Shown: positions 9,284-17,656, counted from the stretch's first letter. The stretch is 27,033 nt of DNA from Gammaproteobacteria bacterium (GCA_030040525.1 JASHTN010000219.1:1-27033), one strand, 5' to 3'. The notes: generated by a model not told the origin, from the sequence alone. Program-made: numbers and translations.

Positions 9284-9344
9284 GCTGGATCCTCCTGAGA
9301 GCCTAAGGTTCGTGCCAATTGAGCCGGAAGTCCGGCGTACCCGG

Positions 9345-9398
9345 CGTTAACAACGTCGCAGCTTGAGGCACGGTGCACGTTTGTTACGAAAAGTTAAC
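9345..9398. promoter_or_regulatory. Candidate transcription-factor sites in a divergent promoter
   Basis: Imperfect inverted repeat CGTTAACAACGT (9345-9356) / ACGTTTGTTACG (9377-9388), plus GTTA direct repeats at 9383 and 9393. Confidence 0.35.
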
Positions 9399-9410
9399 CG
9401 CTGCAGGAGT

Positions 9411-10436
9411 GTGAGTTGGATCACAGATGCGCCACCGCGGGACGCGCTGCTGACGGCAGTGTGCGTGCTCGCCTGCGGCTGGGCGGCGGCCGGCGCGGCG
9501 CGCGCCGACAGCTCGACGGGCGTCGCGCAGCAATCGCTCGACGATGCTTGGTGGACCGGGTCGCTGCTGGCGCCGAACGCGGCCACCGCGCCGCATGGCC
9601 ACACGCTCGTCGAGCCCTACATTTACGATGAGATCACCAACTCGAGCTTTGACAGCCACGGCAGCCGTCACGCGCTCGACGGCGGTCACGAGCTCGGCTC
9701 GCTCACTTACATCATCTACGCGCTCACCGACCGGCTCGCGCTCGGCCTGCTGCCGCGTTTCGCCTACGACGAGCCGGCCGGCGCCCCCAACAGCTCCGCG
9801 CCCGGCGTGGGCGACACGACTTTGCAGCTGCAGTACGGCTTGACGCGCTACACGCCCGGCTCATGGGTGCCGGCAACCTCGGTGGTACTGGCCGAGACTT
9901 TTCCGACCGGGCGCTACGACCGGCTGAGCCGCCCGAGCGACGGGCTGGGCGCGGGCGCCTATACGACGGCGCTCGCGCTGTACTCGCAGGACTATCTGTG
10001 GCTGCCGAACGGGCGGATCATGCGCGTGCGTTTCGACGTCACCTATGCCTGGTCCGCCGCGGTCCCCCTGGAGGATGTCAGCGTGTACGGCACGGGCGCC
10101 GGATTTCGCGGCCGCGCATGCCCCGGCCAGTCCTTCACGGCGATCGCCGCCGGCGAGTACAGCCTGACGCGCAACTGGGTGCTCGCCATGGACCTCGTGT
10201 ATGAGCACAACGACAGCACCCTCCTCAAGGGCATCGAGCCGACCACCCCCGGGGGCTCGGCCTTCGAGAGCCTGCTCGCCGAGAGCGGGGCATCCGAGTC
10301 GCAGGGCGTGGCACCGGCGATCGAGTACAATTTCACGAGCACCGTGGGCGTCATCGCGGGCGTCCGGATCCTCGAATCCGGCCGCAATACCACCGGCAGC
10401 CTGACGCCCGTGGCGGCGGTGAACATGGTCTTCTGA
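9411..10436 (+). CDS. Outer-membrane beta-barrel, COG4313/Phenol_MetA_deg (SphA/FapF-like) transporter family
   Basis: Signal peptide (…AGAARA-DS), GVGDTTLQLQYGL and FPTGRYD motifs, alternating beta-strand pattern, C-terminal Phe (VNMVF). Start uncertain; GTG 9411 chosen. Confidence 0.7.
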   Translation: MSWITDAPPRDALLTAVCVLACGWAAAGAARADSSTGVAQQSLDDAWWTGSLLAPNAATAPHGHTLVEPYIYDEITNSSFDSHGSRHALDGGHELGSLTYIIYALTDRLALGLLPRFAYDEPAGAPNSSAPGVGDTTLQLQYGLTRYTPGSWVPATSVVLAETFPTGRYDRLSRPSDGLGAGAYTTALALYSQDYLWLPNGRIMRVRFDVTYAWSAAVPLEDVSVYGTGAGFRGRACPGQSFTAIAAGEYSLTRNWVLAMDLVYEHNDSTLLKGIEPTTPGGSAFESLLAESGASESQGVAPAIEYNFTSTVGVIAGVRILESGRNTTGSLTPVAAVNMVF

Positions 10437-10449
10437 GGGCGCCGGGCAC

Positions 10450-10477
10450 TTGATATTCCGCCGATTGACCTTAACGT
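10450..10477 (+). promoter_or_regulatory. Putative sigma70-type promoter
   Basis: TTGATA-N16-TAACGT at the start of an AT-richer intergenic region. Confidence 0.4.
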
Positions 10478-10724
10478 CATGAGCGCGGATCAGGAGCGTC
10501 GGCGCGGGGCAATATGAACGGTTTCTGAAGATTTCATGCGCGCTTTTAAGCCTTTCTTCAGATACTCCTCGAGCAGATTCGCGGGAACGGTCAACGACGC
10601 CCCAGGCCGCTGCGTTTTAATGTATGTCAACTTGAACGAGGCCGGTCAGCGCGAGTCTAATCTGTCGTGGAACCTCGCATCTGACGGGCCTCGACGGGTT
10701 CAGGATTTGGACGAGGTGACGAGC

Positions 10725-11555
10725 GTGAACAGAGCAAACGCACGAGTGCTGATCCGAACGCTGGCAGCGATGCTGCTCGGCGTCGTGGTGGCGGTTGCGC
10801 CGGTGCTGAGCTACGCGCAGCACAGCGGCGGCGGCGGTCACAGCGGTGGCGGCGGCCATTTCGCTGGCGGTGGCCATTTTGCGGGTGGCGGCCACTTTGG
10901 CGGTGGTGCCCACTTTGCCGGCGGCGCCCACTTTGCCGGCGGCACCCGCTTTGCCGGCGGCGCGCATTTCGCTCCCGCCTATCACGGCGGCTTCGCCCGC
11001 CCGGGCTTCGGCGGCTATCGCGGCGGATTTGGCTATCCGGGTCGGTACTGGGGCGGAGGCTGGTGGCACGGCGGCTGGTGGCCCGGCGTGTGGTTCAACC
11101 CCGGCTGGGCGTGGTTCCTGCCCATTCTGCCGTTCGGTTATGTGACCTACTGGTGGGGCGGCGTGCCGTACTACTACTGGAATGACCTCTATTACACCTA
11201 TAGTCCGGCGGACAATGGTTACGTGGTGACTGAGCCCCCGCCGGTCTCAGGAGCGGACACCGGCACGGCGCCGCCCGCCGACGAGAGCGGAACGTACGAC
11301 AACGGGCAGTACGGGACTGCCCCGCCCGCGGCGGCGGCACAGGCTGCGCCCGGGACGGGTGCACCGGACATTTATCTCTATCCGCGCAATCACCAGACCG
11401 ATCAGCAGACGGCAAGCGATCGCTACGAGTGCCATAACTGGGCCGTCGGTCAGACGGGCTACGACCCGACGCGCTCTCAGTCCGGCGGCAGCTCGGATGA
11501 GTACCGGCGCGCCATGATCGCGTGCCTCGACGCGCGCGGTTACAGCGCCCGCTGA
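10725..11555 (+). CDS. Secreted Gly/aromatic-rich low-complexity protein with a C-terminal two-Cys domain
   Basis: GTG 10725 with GAGGTG RBS; signal peptide to VLSYA-QH; xGGxHF repeats; W/Y-rich segment (GVPYYYWNDLYY, DUF6515-like); C-terminal YPRNHQT…DRYECHNWAVGQTGYDP…YRRAMIACLDARGYS domain. Confidence 0.8.
   Translation: MNRANARVLIRTLAAMLLGVVVAVAPVLSYAQHSGGGGHSGGGGHFAGGGHFAGGGHFGGGAHFAGGAHFAGGTRFAGGAHFAPAYHGGFARPGFGGYRGGFGYPGRYWGGGWWHGGWWPGVWFNPGWAWFLPILPFGYVTYWWGGVPYYYWNDLYYTYSPADNGYVVTEPPPVSGADTGTAPPADESGTYDNGQYGTAPPAAAAQAAPGTGAPDIYLYPRNHQTDQQTASDRYECHNWAVGQTGYDPTRSQSGGSSDEYRRAMIACLDARGYSAR
10821..10970 (+). repeat. 18-bp tandem repeat (about 8.3 units) encoding hexapeptides H-[SF]-[GA]-G-G-[GAT]
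   Basis: cacagcggcggcggcggt / cacagcggtggcggcggc / catttcgctggcggtggc / cattttgcgggtggcggc / cactttggcggtggtgcc / cactttgccggcggcgcc / cactttgccggcggcacc / cgctttgccggcggcgcg / catttc. Confidence 0.95.
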
Positions 11556-11562
11556 GAAGACT

Positions 11563-11580
11563 CCCGGCCGGTTGGCCGGG
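11563..11580 (+). terminator. Weak terminator-like hairpin
   Basis: CCCGGCC-GGTT-GGCCGGG followed by CGTTCCTT, 7 nt after the stop at 11555. Confidence 0.35.
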
Positions 11581-11643
11581 CGTTCCTTGGGGAGCACCCG
11601 GACAGCGTACACTGCCCCTGGCGCGCGCCGCGCGGAGCCAGGC

Positions 11644-12312
11644 ATGGCGGTGTCCAATACGGTGTTTCTGTTCGATGTAGATAACACGCTGCTCGACAAT
11701 GACGTCGTTCAGGCGGACCTGAGTGCGCACCTGGAGCGCGAGTTCGGCAGTGACAGCCGCGACCGCTACTGGGCGATCTTCGAGGAATTGCGCGCCGAGC
11801 TCGGCTACGCCGACTACCTCGGCGCGCTGCAGCGCTACCGCCTCGAGAACCTCGACGAGCCGCACGTCATGCGCATCTCCGCGTTCCTCGTCGACTATCC
11901 GTTCGCGCAGCGCCTGTACCCGGGGGCGCTCGCCGCGCTCGCCCGCTGCGAGCGTCTCGGACGAACGGTCATCCTGTCCGACGGCGACGTCGTGTTCCAG
12001 CCGCGCAAGGTGCAGCGCTCGGGGCTGTGGGAGGCGGTGAACGGTCGTGTGCTCATCTACCTGCACAAGGAGCACATGTTGCCGGCCATCGAGAAACGCT
12101 ACCCGGCAGGGCAGTATGTGATGGTGGACGACAAGCTGCGCATACTCACGGCGATGAAGAGCGTATGGGGCCCAAGGCTCACGACGGTGTTCGTGCGCCA
12201 GGGGCACTACGCGCACGACCGGGAGGCGCTGGCCGGGTTCCCGCCCGCGGATCTGGCTCTCGGCAAGATTGGCGAGCTGGCTTCGTGCGAGCTGCCCCCA
12301 GCGGAGGTGTGA
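11644..12312 (+). CDS. HAD-superfamily hydrolase
   Basis: Motif I FLFDVDNTL, motif II ILSDG, motif III K (QPRK), motif IV MVDDK; ATG 11644 preferred over 11572. Confidence 0.88.
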   Translation: MAVSNTVFLFDVDNTLLDNDVVQADLSAHLEREFGSDSRDRYWAIFEELRAELGYADYLGALQRYRLENLDEPHVMRISAFLVDYPFAQRLYPGALAALARCERLGRTVILSDGDVVFQPRKVQRSGLWEAVNGRVLIYLHKEHMLPAIEKRYPAGQYVMVDDKLRILTAMKSVWGPRLTTVFVRQGHYAHDREALAGFPPADLALGKIGELASCELPPAEV

Positions 12313-12314
12313 CC

Positions 12315-12806
12315 ATGACTGCAGAGCGACCCTGGCTGACGGCGCTGCGAGCGGCCAGTGCCGCGCTGCAGGGTGTACTCGGTGCGCTGCTCGAGGCGGA
12401 GCGCAGGCTCGCGCCGCCGGCCACGCCGCTCGAGCGGCTGCAGCAGATCAGGAGCGACCCGGCGTGGGCCTGGCTGCAGCCGCTCTACGGTCTGATCGCC
12501 GACGTCGATCATGCGCTCGCGTACGCGCACGATCTGCCGGAGAGCGAGAGTGCCGCGATCGGTGCGCATGCGCGCGAGCTGCTCTCCGGGGGCGGCGGCA
12601 GCGCGGAGCGGGATTTCCTCGCGCATTACCGGCCGCTGCTGCAGACCGACCCCGTGCTCGCCATGGCGCACGCCGCGGCGCTCAGGGCGCTGCAGGCGCT
12701 GCCGCCGGAGCCGGAGAACCAGGCCGAGCGACTGCACGCGCGCCACCAGTGGAATGAGCGCCGGCGCTTCCTGCGGATGGGGCCGCGGCGCCAGGGGGCC
12801 TCCTGA
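12315..12806 (+). CDS. Hypothetical all-helical cytoplasmic protein
   Basis: ATG 2 nt after the HAD stop, with GGAGG upstream; ALLEAER…DPAWAWLQPLYGLIADVD segment resembles a conserved uncharacterised family (from memory). Confidence 0.7.
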   Translation: MTAERPWLTALRAASAALQGVLGALLEAERRLAPPATPLERLQQIRSDPAWAWLQPLYGLIADVDHALAYAHDLPESESAAIGAHARELLSGGGGSAERDFLAHYRPLLQTDPVLAMAHAAALRALQALPPEPENQAERLHARHQWNERRRFLRMGPRRQGAS

Positions 12807-12828
12807 GCAGCCCTGCTGCGGACGCCGC

Positions 12829-13878
12829 TCAGCGCGAGCGCAGCTCGATCGCCATCTCCTGCGTGCGGTAATCGAGGATCAGCGCCTGGAACGAGCCGAG
12901 CAGATCCATGCCGAGCACCATCGTCGGCTTGTCGGTCATCTGCCAGCGCTGGAACAGGTACATGTCGCCGAAGACGATGTGCAGCCCGTCGATGGTGAGG
13001 GTGCCCATCTGGACGGGCGGCGCAGGCACGTTGTCGCCGCTTTCCACCGCGAGCGTCACGCCGATGATCTCGGCGCGCTTGGCGTCGCTCGGCCGTCTGC
13101 GCATCAGCGCTTCGAGCAGCGCCATATTTCCGACCGATCCCTGTGAGCCGGTGTCGACGATGGCGCGCGTATGGACCCCGCCCACCCTGATGTCCGCCAC
13201 CAGCAGCCCGCCCTCGATCAGCTTCAGGGGAATCTTTTCGAAGCCGAACGGCACACGGTCCATACGCGAGCGGGCGATCGTCAGCGTGTCGCGGCCAAAG
13301 TCGGCATAGATGCGCTTGTCGGCGAGCGTCTCGTAGCCGAGCACCCCCTCGGCGCCGCCGAACACGTCGGCGACAATGGGCAGTGTGTAGGGCGAGATGT
13401 CGATGTCGCCCACCTGCATGCGCTCGACCGTGATGGTGGGCACGACCGCCGAGCCGGTAAAGCCCGTGATCCTGGTCAGCGTCATCGCGCCCGGATCTGT
13501 GGCACCCAGGGCCTGAGCAACGCGTTCGATGATTGCTGAGTGGCTGGCGCCGGTGTCGAGCACGAGGCGGAACGGGCCCTTGCCGTCGATCAGGACCGGC
13601 GCCCAGATCCGGCCGATGCGGTCGCGGCTCGTCGGCGCGACGAAGCGCGGCTCGGTGGTCTGGACGACCACCTGGGGAATCTGGCCGGTGGGGGACTGGG
13701 TCCCCGGCTCGGAAGACCGCGCGGTGCTGTCGGCCGGCGCCATGCCGGTGGCCGGCACCATGGCAGCGCCCGGCACCGGCGCTGTAGCGCTGGGAGACTG
13801 AGCCAAGGCGCCGGAGGCGAGCGCTGCGAGGACCGTTCCCAACAGCCAGACTGACGGGCGCTTGCAGCGAGCACGCAT
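12829..13878 (-). CDS. Secreted aspartyl protease with two retropepsin-like domains
   Basis: LVLDTGAS (DTGA at 13546-13557) and AIVDTGSQ (DTGS at 13144-13155), each with a downstream GVLG/MVLG motif; signal peptide ending GALA-QS; ATG 13878 preferred over 14013. Confidence 0.88.
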   Translation of the reverse strand: MRARCKRPSVWLLGTVLAALASGALAQSPSATAPVPGAAMVPATGMAPADSTARSSEPGTQSPTGQIPQVVVQTTEPRFVAPTSRDRIGRIWAPVLIDGKGPFRLVLDTGASHSAIIERVAQALGATDPGAMTLTRITGFTGSAVVPTITVERMQVGDIDISPYTLPIVADVFGGAEGVLGYETLADKRIYADFGRDTLTIARSRMDRVPFGFEKIPLKLIEGGLLVADIRVGGVHTRAIVDTGSQGSVGNMALLEALMRRRPSDAKRAEIIGVTLAVESGDNVPAPPVQMGTLTIDGLHIVFGDMYLFQRWQMTDKPTMVLGMDLLGSFQALILDYRTQEMAIELRSR

Positions 13879-13921
13879 CACGTACCCCAGTAGAGCACGG
13901 CCCCGGACGCGCGACCAGTTA

Positions 13922-13942
13922 TTGTGACGAACTCTGTCGCAA
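13922..13942. promoter_or_regulatory. Imperfect 7-7-7 palindrome, candidate operator
   Basis: TTGTGAC-GAACTCT-GTCGCAA (one mismatch) in the divergent protease/cysD intergenic region. Confidence 0.35.
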
Positions 13943-14043
13943 CCGGGGCGCAGTTCACAGTATTTGAAGCTTTGCGGCGCCCCGGAGTTCCGTAGGGGCG
14001 CCGCCGGCCGCAATTCATCGACTTATCATATGATAGGTCGATT

Positions 14044-14946
14044 GTGCGATCCCTGACCCACCTCAAGCGCCTCGAGTCCGAGAGCATCCATATCTTCCGC
14101 GAGGTCATCGCCGAGTGCGCCAAGCCGGTGATGCTCTACTCCATCGGCAAGGACAGCGCGGTCATGCTGCACGTGGCCCTCAAGGCGTTCCACCCCGCAC
14201 CGCTGCCGTTCCCGCTCCTGCACGTCGACACGACCTGGAAATTCCGGGCGATGTACGAGTTCCGCGACGCCACCGCGAAGCGTCCGGGGGTGGAGATGAT
14301 CGTGTATATCAACCAGGAGGGCCTGCGGCAGGGGATCAACCCGTTCACCCACGGCTCGCAGGTGCACACCGACGTCATGAAGACCCAGGCGCTGCGCCAG
14401 GCGCTCGACAAGTACGGCTTCGACGCGGCGTTTGGCGGGGCGCGCCGCGACGAGGAGAAGAGCCGCGCCAAGGAGCGCGTGTTCTCCTTCCGCTCCGCGC
14501 AGCACCACTGGGACCCGCGGCGGCAGCGCCCGGAGCTCTGGGCGCTCTACAACACGCGCAAGCACCCTGGTGAGAGCCTGCGGGTCTTCCCACTGTCGAA
14601 CTGGACCGAGCTCGACGTCTGGCAGTACATCTGGCAGGAGAGCATTCCGATCCCGTCGCTGTACCTCGCCGCGGTCCGCCCGGTGGTCGAGCGCGACGGC
14701 ACGCTCATCATGGTCGACGACGAGCGCATGCCGCTCGGGCCGGGCGAGCGGCCGATGCTGAAGAAGGTGCGCTTCCGCACGCTTGGCTGCTACCCGCTGA
14801 CCGGCGCGATCGAGAGCGACGCCGACACACTGCCTGCGGTCATCGAGGAGATGCTGCAGACGCGCACCTCCGAGCGCTCCGGAAGGGTCATCGATCACGA
14901 CGCGACCGCCTCGATGGAGCTGAAGAAGCGCGAGGGCTACTTCTGA
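14044..14946 (+). CDS. cysD: Sulfate adenylyltransferase subunit 2 (CysD/NodP-like)
   Basis: [17 protein letters not shown]-loop [43 protein letters not shown]. Confidence 0.97.
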   Translation: MRSLTHLKRLESESIHIFREVIAECAKPVMLYSIGKDSAVMLHVALKAFHPAPLPFPLLHVDTTWKFRAMYEFRDATAKRPGVEMIVYINQEGLRQGINPFTHGSQVHTDVMKTQALRQALDKYGFDAAFGGARRDEEKSRAKERVFSFRSAQHHWDPRRQRPELWALYNTRKHPGESLRVFPLSNWTELDVWQYIWQESIPIPSLYLAAVRPVVERDGTLIMVDDERMPLGPGERPMLKKVRFRTLGCYPLTGAIESDADTLPAVIEEMLQTRTSERSGRVIDHDATASMELKKREGYF

Positions 14947-16853
14947 TGCGCGGCGGAGCGCAACCGGCACCGGGGGACATCGCTGCTTACCTGCGGGCCC
15001 AGGAGCACAAGAGCCTGCTGCGCTTCATCACCTGCGGCTCGGTCGACGACGGCAAGTCGACGCTCATCGGGCGGCTGCTGTACGAGTCGAAGCTGATCTT
15101 CGACGACCAGCTGGCGGCGCTCGCCCAGGACTCGAGGCGTGTGGGAACGCGCGGCGGGGAGCTGGATTTCGCGCTGCTGGTCGACGGGCTCGCCGCCGAG
15201 CGCGAGCAGGGCATCACCATCGACGTCGCCTACCGCTACTTCTCCACCGACAAGCGCAAGTTCATCGTCGCCGATACTCCCGGACACGAGCAGTACACGC
15301 GCAACATGGTGACCGGCGCCTCGACTGCGGACCTGGCGGTGATTCTGATCGACGCGCGCAAGGGGGTGCTCACGCAGACACGGCGCCACAGCTTCCTGGT
15401 GCGCCTGCTCGGCATTCCACGCGTGGTGCTCGCGGTCAACAAGATGGATCTGGTGGACTACGCGCGCGCCACCTTCGAGCGGATCCTGGCCGACTACCGG
15501 GAGTTCGCCGCGCGCATCGGACTCACGGATATCGCCGCGATCCCGCTGTCGGCGGTGTACGGCGACAACGTGCTCGAGCATGGCGGCAACATGCCATGGT
15601 ACACGGGGCCGACGCTGCTCGAGCATCTCGAGCACGTGCCCGTGCCGGACGAGCTCCCCGGCCGTCCGTTCCGCATGCCGGTGCAATGGGTGAACCGGCC
15701 GAACTCGAGCTTCCGCGGCTTCTGCGGTCAGGTCGCCAGCGGCCGCGTGCGTCCGGGCGAGCGCGTGCGCGTGCTGCCCTCGGGCCGCGAGAGCGAGCTG
15801 GCGCGCATCGTGACGGCGGACGGGGAGCTGCCCGAGGCGGTCGCCGGGCAATCGGTGACGCTGCTGCTCGCTGCCGAGATCGATGTGAGCCGCGGGGACG
15901 TGATCGCCGCGGGCGATGCCCCGCCGCAGGTCGCGAGCCAGTTCGAGGCGACCCTGGTGTGGCTGCACGAGGAGCCGCTGCTGCAGGGACGCGCCTATCT
16001 CATGAAGGCAGGCCCGCGCACGGTCTCGGCGACCGTCATGCCGATCAAGTACCGCATCAACGTCAATACGCTCGAGCACGCCGCCGCCGAGCGGCTCGAG
16101 CTCAACGACATCGGCGTGTGCGAGCTGGAGCTCGACCAGCCGATCGCCTTCGAGCCGTACGCCGAGAGCCGCGCCCTCGGCGCCTTCATCCTCATCGATC
16201 GCGTGAGCAACGCCACGGTGGGGGCCGGCCTGATTCATTTCGCGCTGCGGCGCGCGCAGAACGTGCACTGGCAGGCGCTCGATGTGGACAAGAAAACCCG
16301 CGCGCGACAGAAGCGGCAGAAGGCCTGCGTGCTGTGGCTGACGGGCCTGTCGGGCGCCGGCAAATCGACCATCGCCAATCGCGTCGAGAAGCGGCTCAGC
16401 GCCGAAGGACATCACACCTACCTGCTCGACGGCGACAACGTGCGCCACGGGCTCAACAAGGATCTGGGATTCACCGCCCAGGACCGTGTCGAGAACATCC
16501 GGCGGGTCGCCGAGGTGGCGAAGCTGATGGTCGATGCCGGGCTGATCGTGCTGGTCTCGTTCATCTCGCCGTTCCGTGCCGAGCGGCGCATGGCGCGCGC
16601 CTTGTTCGAGCCGGGGGAATTCTTCGAGGTGTTCGTGGACACGCCGCTCGCCGAGGCCGAGCGGCGCGACGCCAAGGGGCTGTACCGCAAGGCGCGGCGC
16701 GGCGAGCTGAAGAATTTCACCGGCATCGACTCCCCGTACGAGACGCCGGAGAACCCGGAGATCCGCATTGACACCACCAGCGTGAGTCCCGAGGAAGCCG
16801 CGGAGCGGATCGTGAGCGAGCTCGGGGCGGCCGGGATCACGCGACCGGCATGA
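14946..16853 (+). CDS. cysNC: Bifunctional sulfate adenylyltransferase subunit 1 / APS kinase (CysNC, NodQ-like)
   Basis: GTPase motifs [19 protein letters not shown]; APS kinase motifs [28 protein letters not shown]; TGATG overlap with cysD. Confidence 0.97.
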   Translation: MRGGAQPAPGDIAAYLRAQEHKSLLRFITCGSVDDGKSTLIGRLLYESKLIFDDQLAALAQDSRRVGTRGGELDFALLVDGLAAEREQGITIDVAYRYFSTDKRKFIVADTPGHEQYTRNMVTGASTADLAVILIDARKGVLTQTRRHSFLVRLLGIPRVVLAVNKMDLVDYARATFERILADYREFAARIGLTDIAAIPLSAVYGDNVLEHGGNMPWYTGPTLLEHLEHVPVPDELPGRPFRMPVQWVNRPNSSFRGFCGQVASGRVRPGERVRVLPSGRESELARIVTADGELPEAVAGQSVTLLLAAEIDVSRGDVIAAGDAPPQVASQFEATLVWLHEEPLLQGRAYLMKAGPRTVSATVMPIKYRINVNTLEHAAAERLELNDIGVCELELDQPIAFEPYAESRALGAFILIDRVSNATVGAGLIHFALRRAQNVHWQALDVDKKTRARQKRQKACVLWLTGLSGAGKSTIANRVEKRLSAEGHHTYLLDGDNVRHGLNKDLGFTAQDRVENIRRVAEVAKLMVDAGLIVLVSFISPFRAERRMARALFEPGEFFEVFVDTPLAEAERRDAKGLYRKARRGELKNFTGIDSPYETPENPEIRIDTTSVSPEEAAERIVSELGAAGITRPA

Positions 16854-17656
16854 GCGCCGTGGCGCTGCCTGCGCTGCTGCCACGGGTGAGCGCGATCGCG
16901 CGCCGCGCGGGCGCCGCCATCCTCGAGGTGTACGCCTCCGGCGACCGCGCGGCCCGGTCCAAGGACGACGCCTCGCCGCTTACCGCGGCGGACCTGCGCT
17001 CGCATCGGCTGATCGTGGCAGCGCTGCGCGAGCTGACGCCCGACATGCCGGTGCTGTCGGAGGAGGGGGCGGCGACGCCCTACAGCGAGCGCGCGACCTG
17101 GCGGCGCTACTGGCTGGTGGATCCGCTCGACGGCACGCGCGAATTCCTGGCGCGCAACGGGCAGTTCACGGTGAACATCGCGCTCGTCGAGGCGCACGCG
17201 CCGGTGCTCGGCGTGGTGCACGTCCCGGTGAGCGATGTCACCTACCAGGGGCTGCCGGGAGTCGGGGCCTGGCGGCAGGCCGGGGCCGCGCCGCCCGAGC
17301 CGATCCACGTGCAGGCGCGCGCCGCCGACCCGGTGCGCGTGGTCGGCAGCCGCTCACACCGCGGCGACTCGCTCGATGCGTTTCTCGGGCGTCTCGGCGC
17401 ATTCGAGCTCAAGCCGATCGGCAGCTCGCTGAAATTCTGCCTGGTGGCCGAAGGCTCCGCCGACGTCTATCCGCGGCTCGGACCCACCAGCGAATGGGAT
17501 ACGGCGGCGGCGCATGCGGTCGCCGCCGCCGCCGGCGGCGCCGTCGTGCAGCTGGGCGGCGAGCCGCTGCGCTACAACGACAAGGCCGAGCTCATCAACC
17601 CGTTCTTCGTCGTCTACGCTGACCGGGGGCGGGACTGGCTCGCGCTGTTGCGCTGA
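16850..17656 (+). CDS. cysQ: 3'(2'),5'-bisphosphate nucleotidase
   Basis: [42 protein letters not shown]; ATGA overlap with cysNC. Confidence 0.95.
   Translation: MSAVALPALLPRVSAIARRAGAAILEVYASGDRAARSKDDASPLTAADLRSHRLIVAALRELTPDMPVLSEEGAATPYSERATWRRYWLVDPLDGTREFLARNGQFTVNIALVEAHAPVLGVVHVPVSDVTYQGLPGVGAWRQAGAAPPEPIHVQARAADPVRVVGSRSHRGDSLDAFLGRLGAFELKPIGSSLKFCLVAEGSADVYPRLGPTSEWDTAAAHAVAAAAGGAVVQLGGEPLRYNDKAELINPFFVVYADRGRDWLALLR

Noticed and set aside
9301-9318. Sigma54-like TTGGCACG on the minus strand
   Set aside because: The -12 element reads TTAG rather than TTGC, and the implied TSS (about 9291) would cut off the AGGAGG RBS.
10821-10970. Possible CRISPR or VNTR-like non-coding array
   Set aside because: There are no spacers and no cas genes; the units are in-frame codons varying at synonymous positions.
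8884-14004. GC hairpins at 8884, 11563 and 13974 as a REP family
   Set aside because: The stems and loops differ in sequence, share no GTAG/CGTC-type terminal motif, and no RAYT gene is present.
14937-16883. 648-aa antisense ORF opposite cysNC, and similar long shadow ORFs (1950-3320, 3330-4697, 5717-6715, 11095-12216, 19784-21037, 22019-23194)
   Set aside because: They lie opposite well-supported genes, have Arg/Ala-biased or nonsense composition with no motifs, and are expected in high-GC DNA where stop codons are rare.
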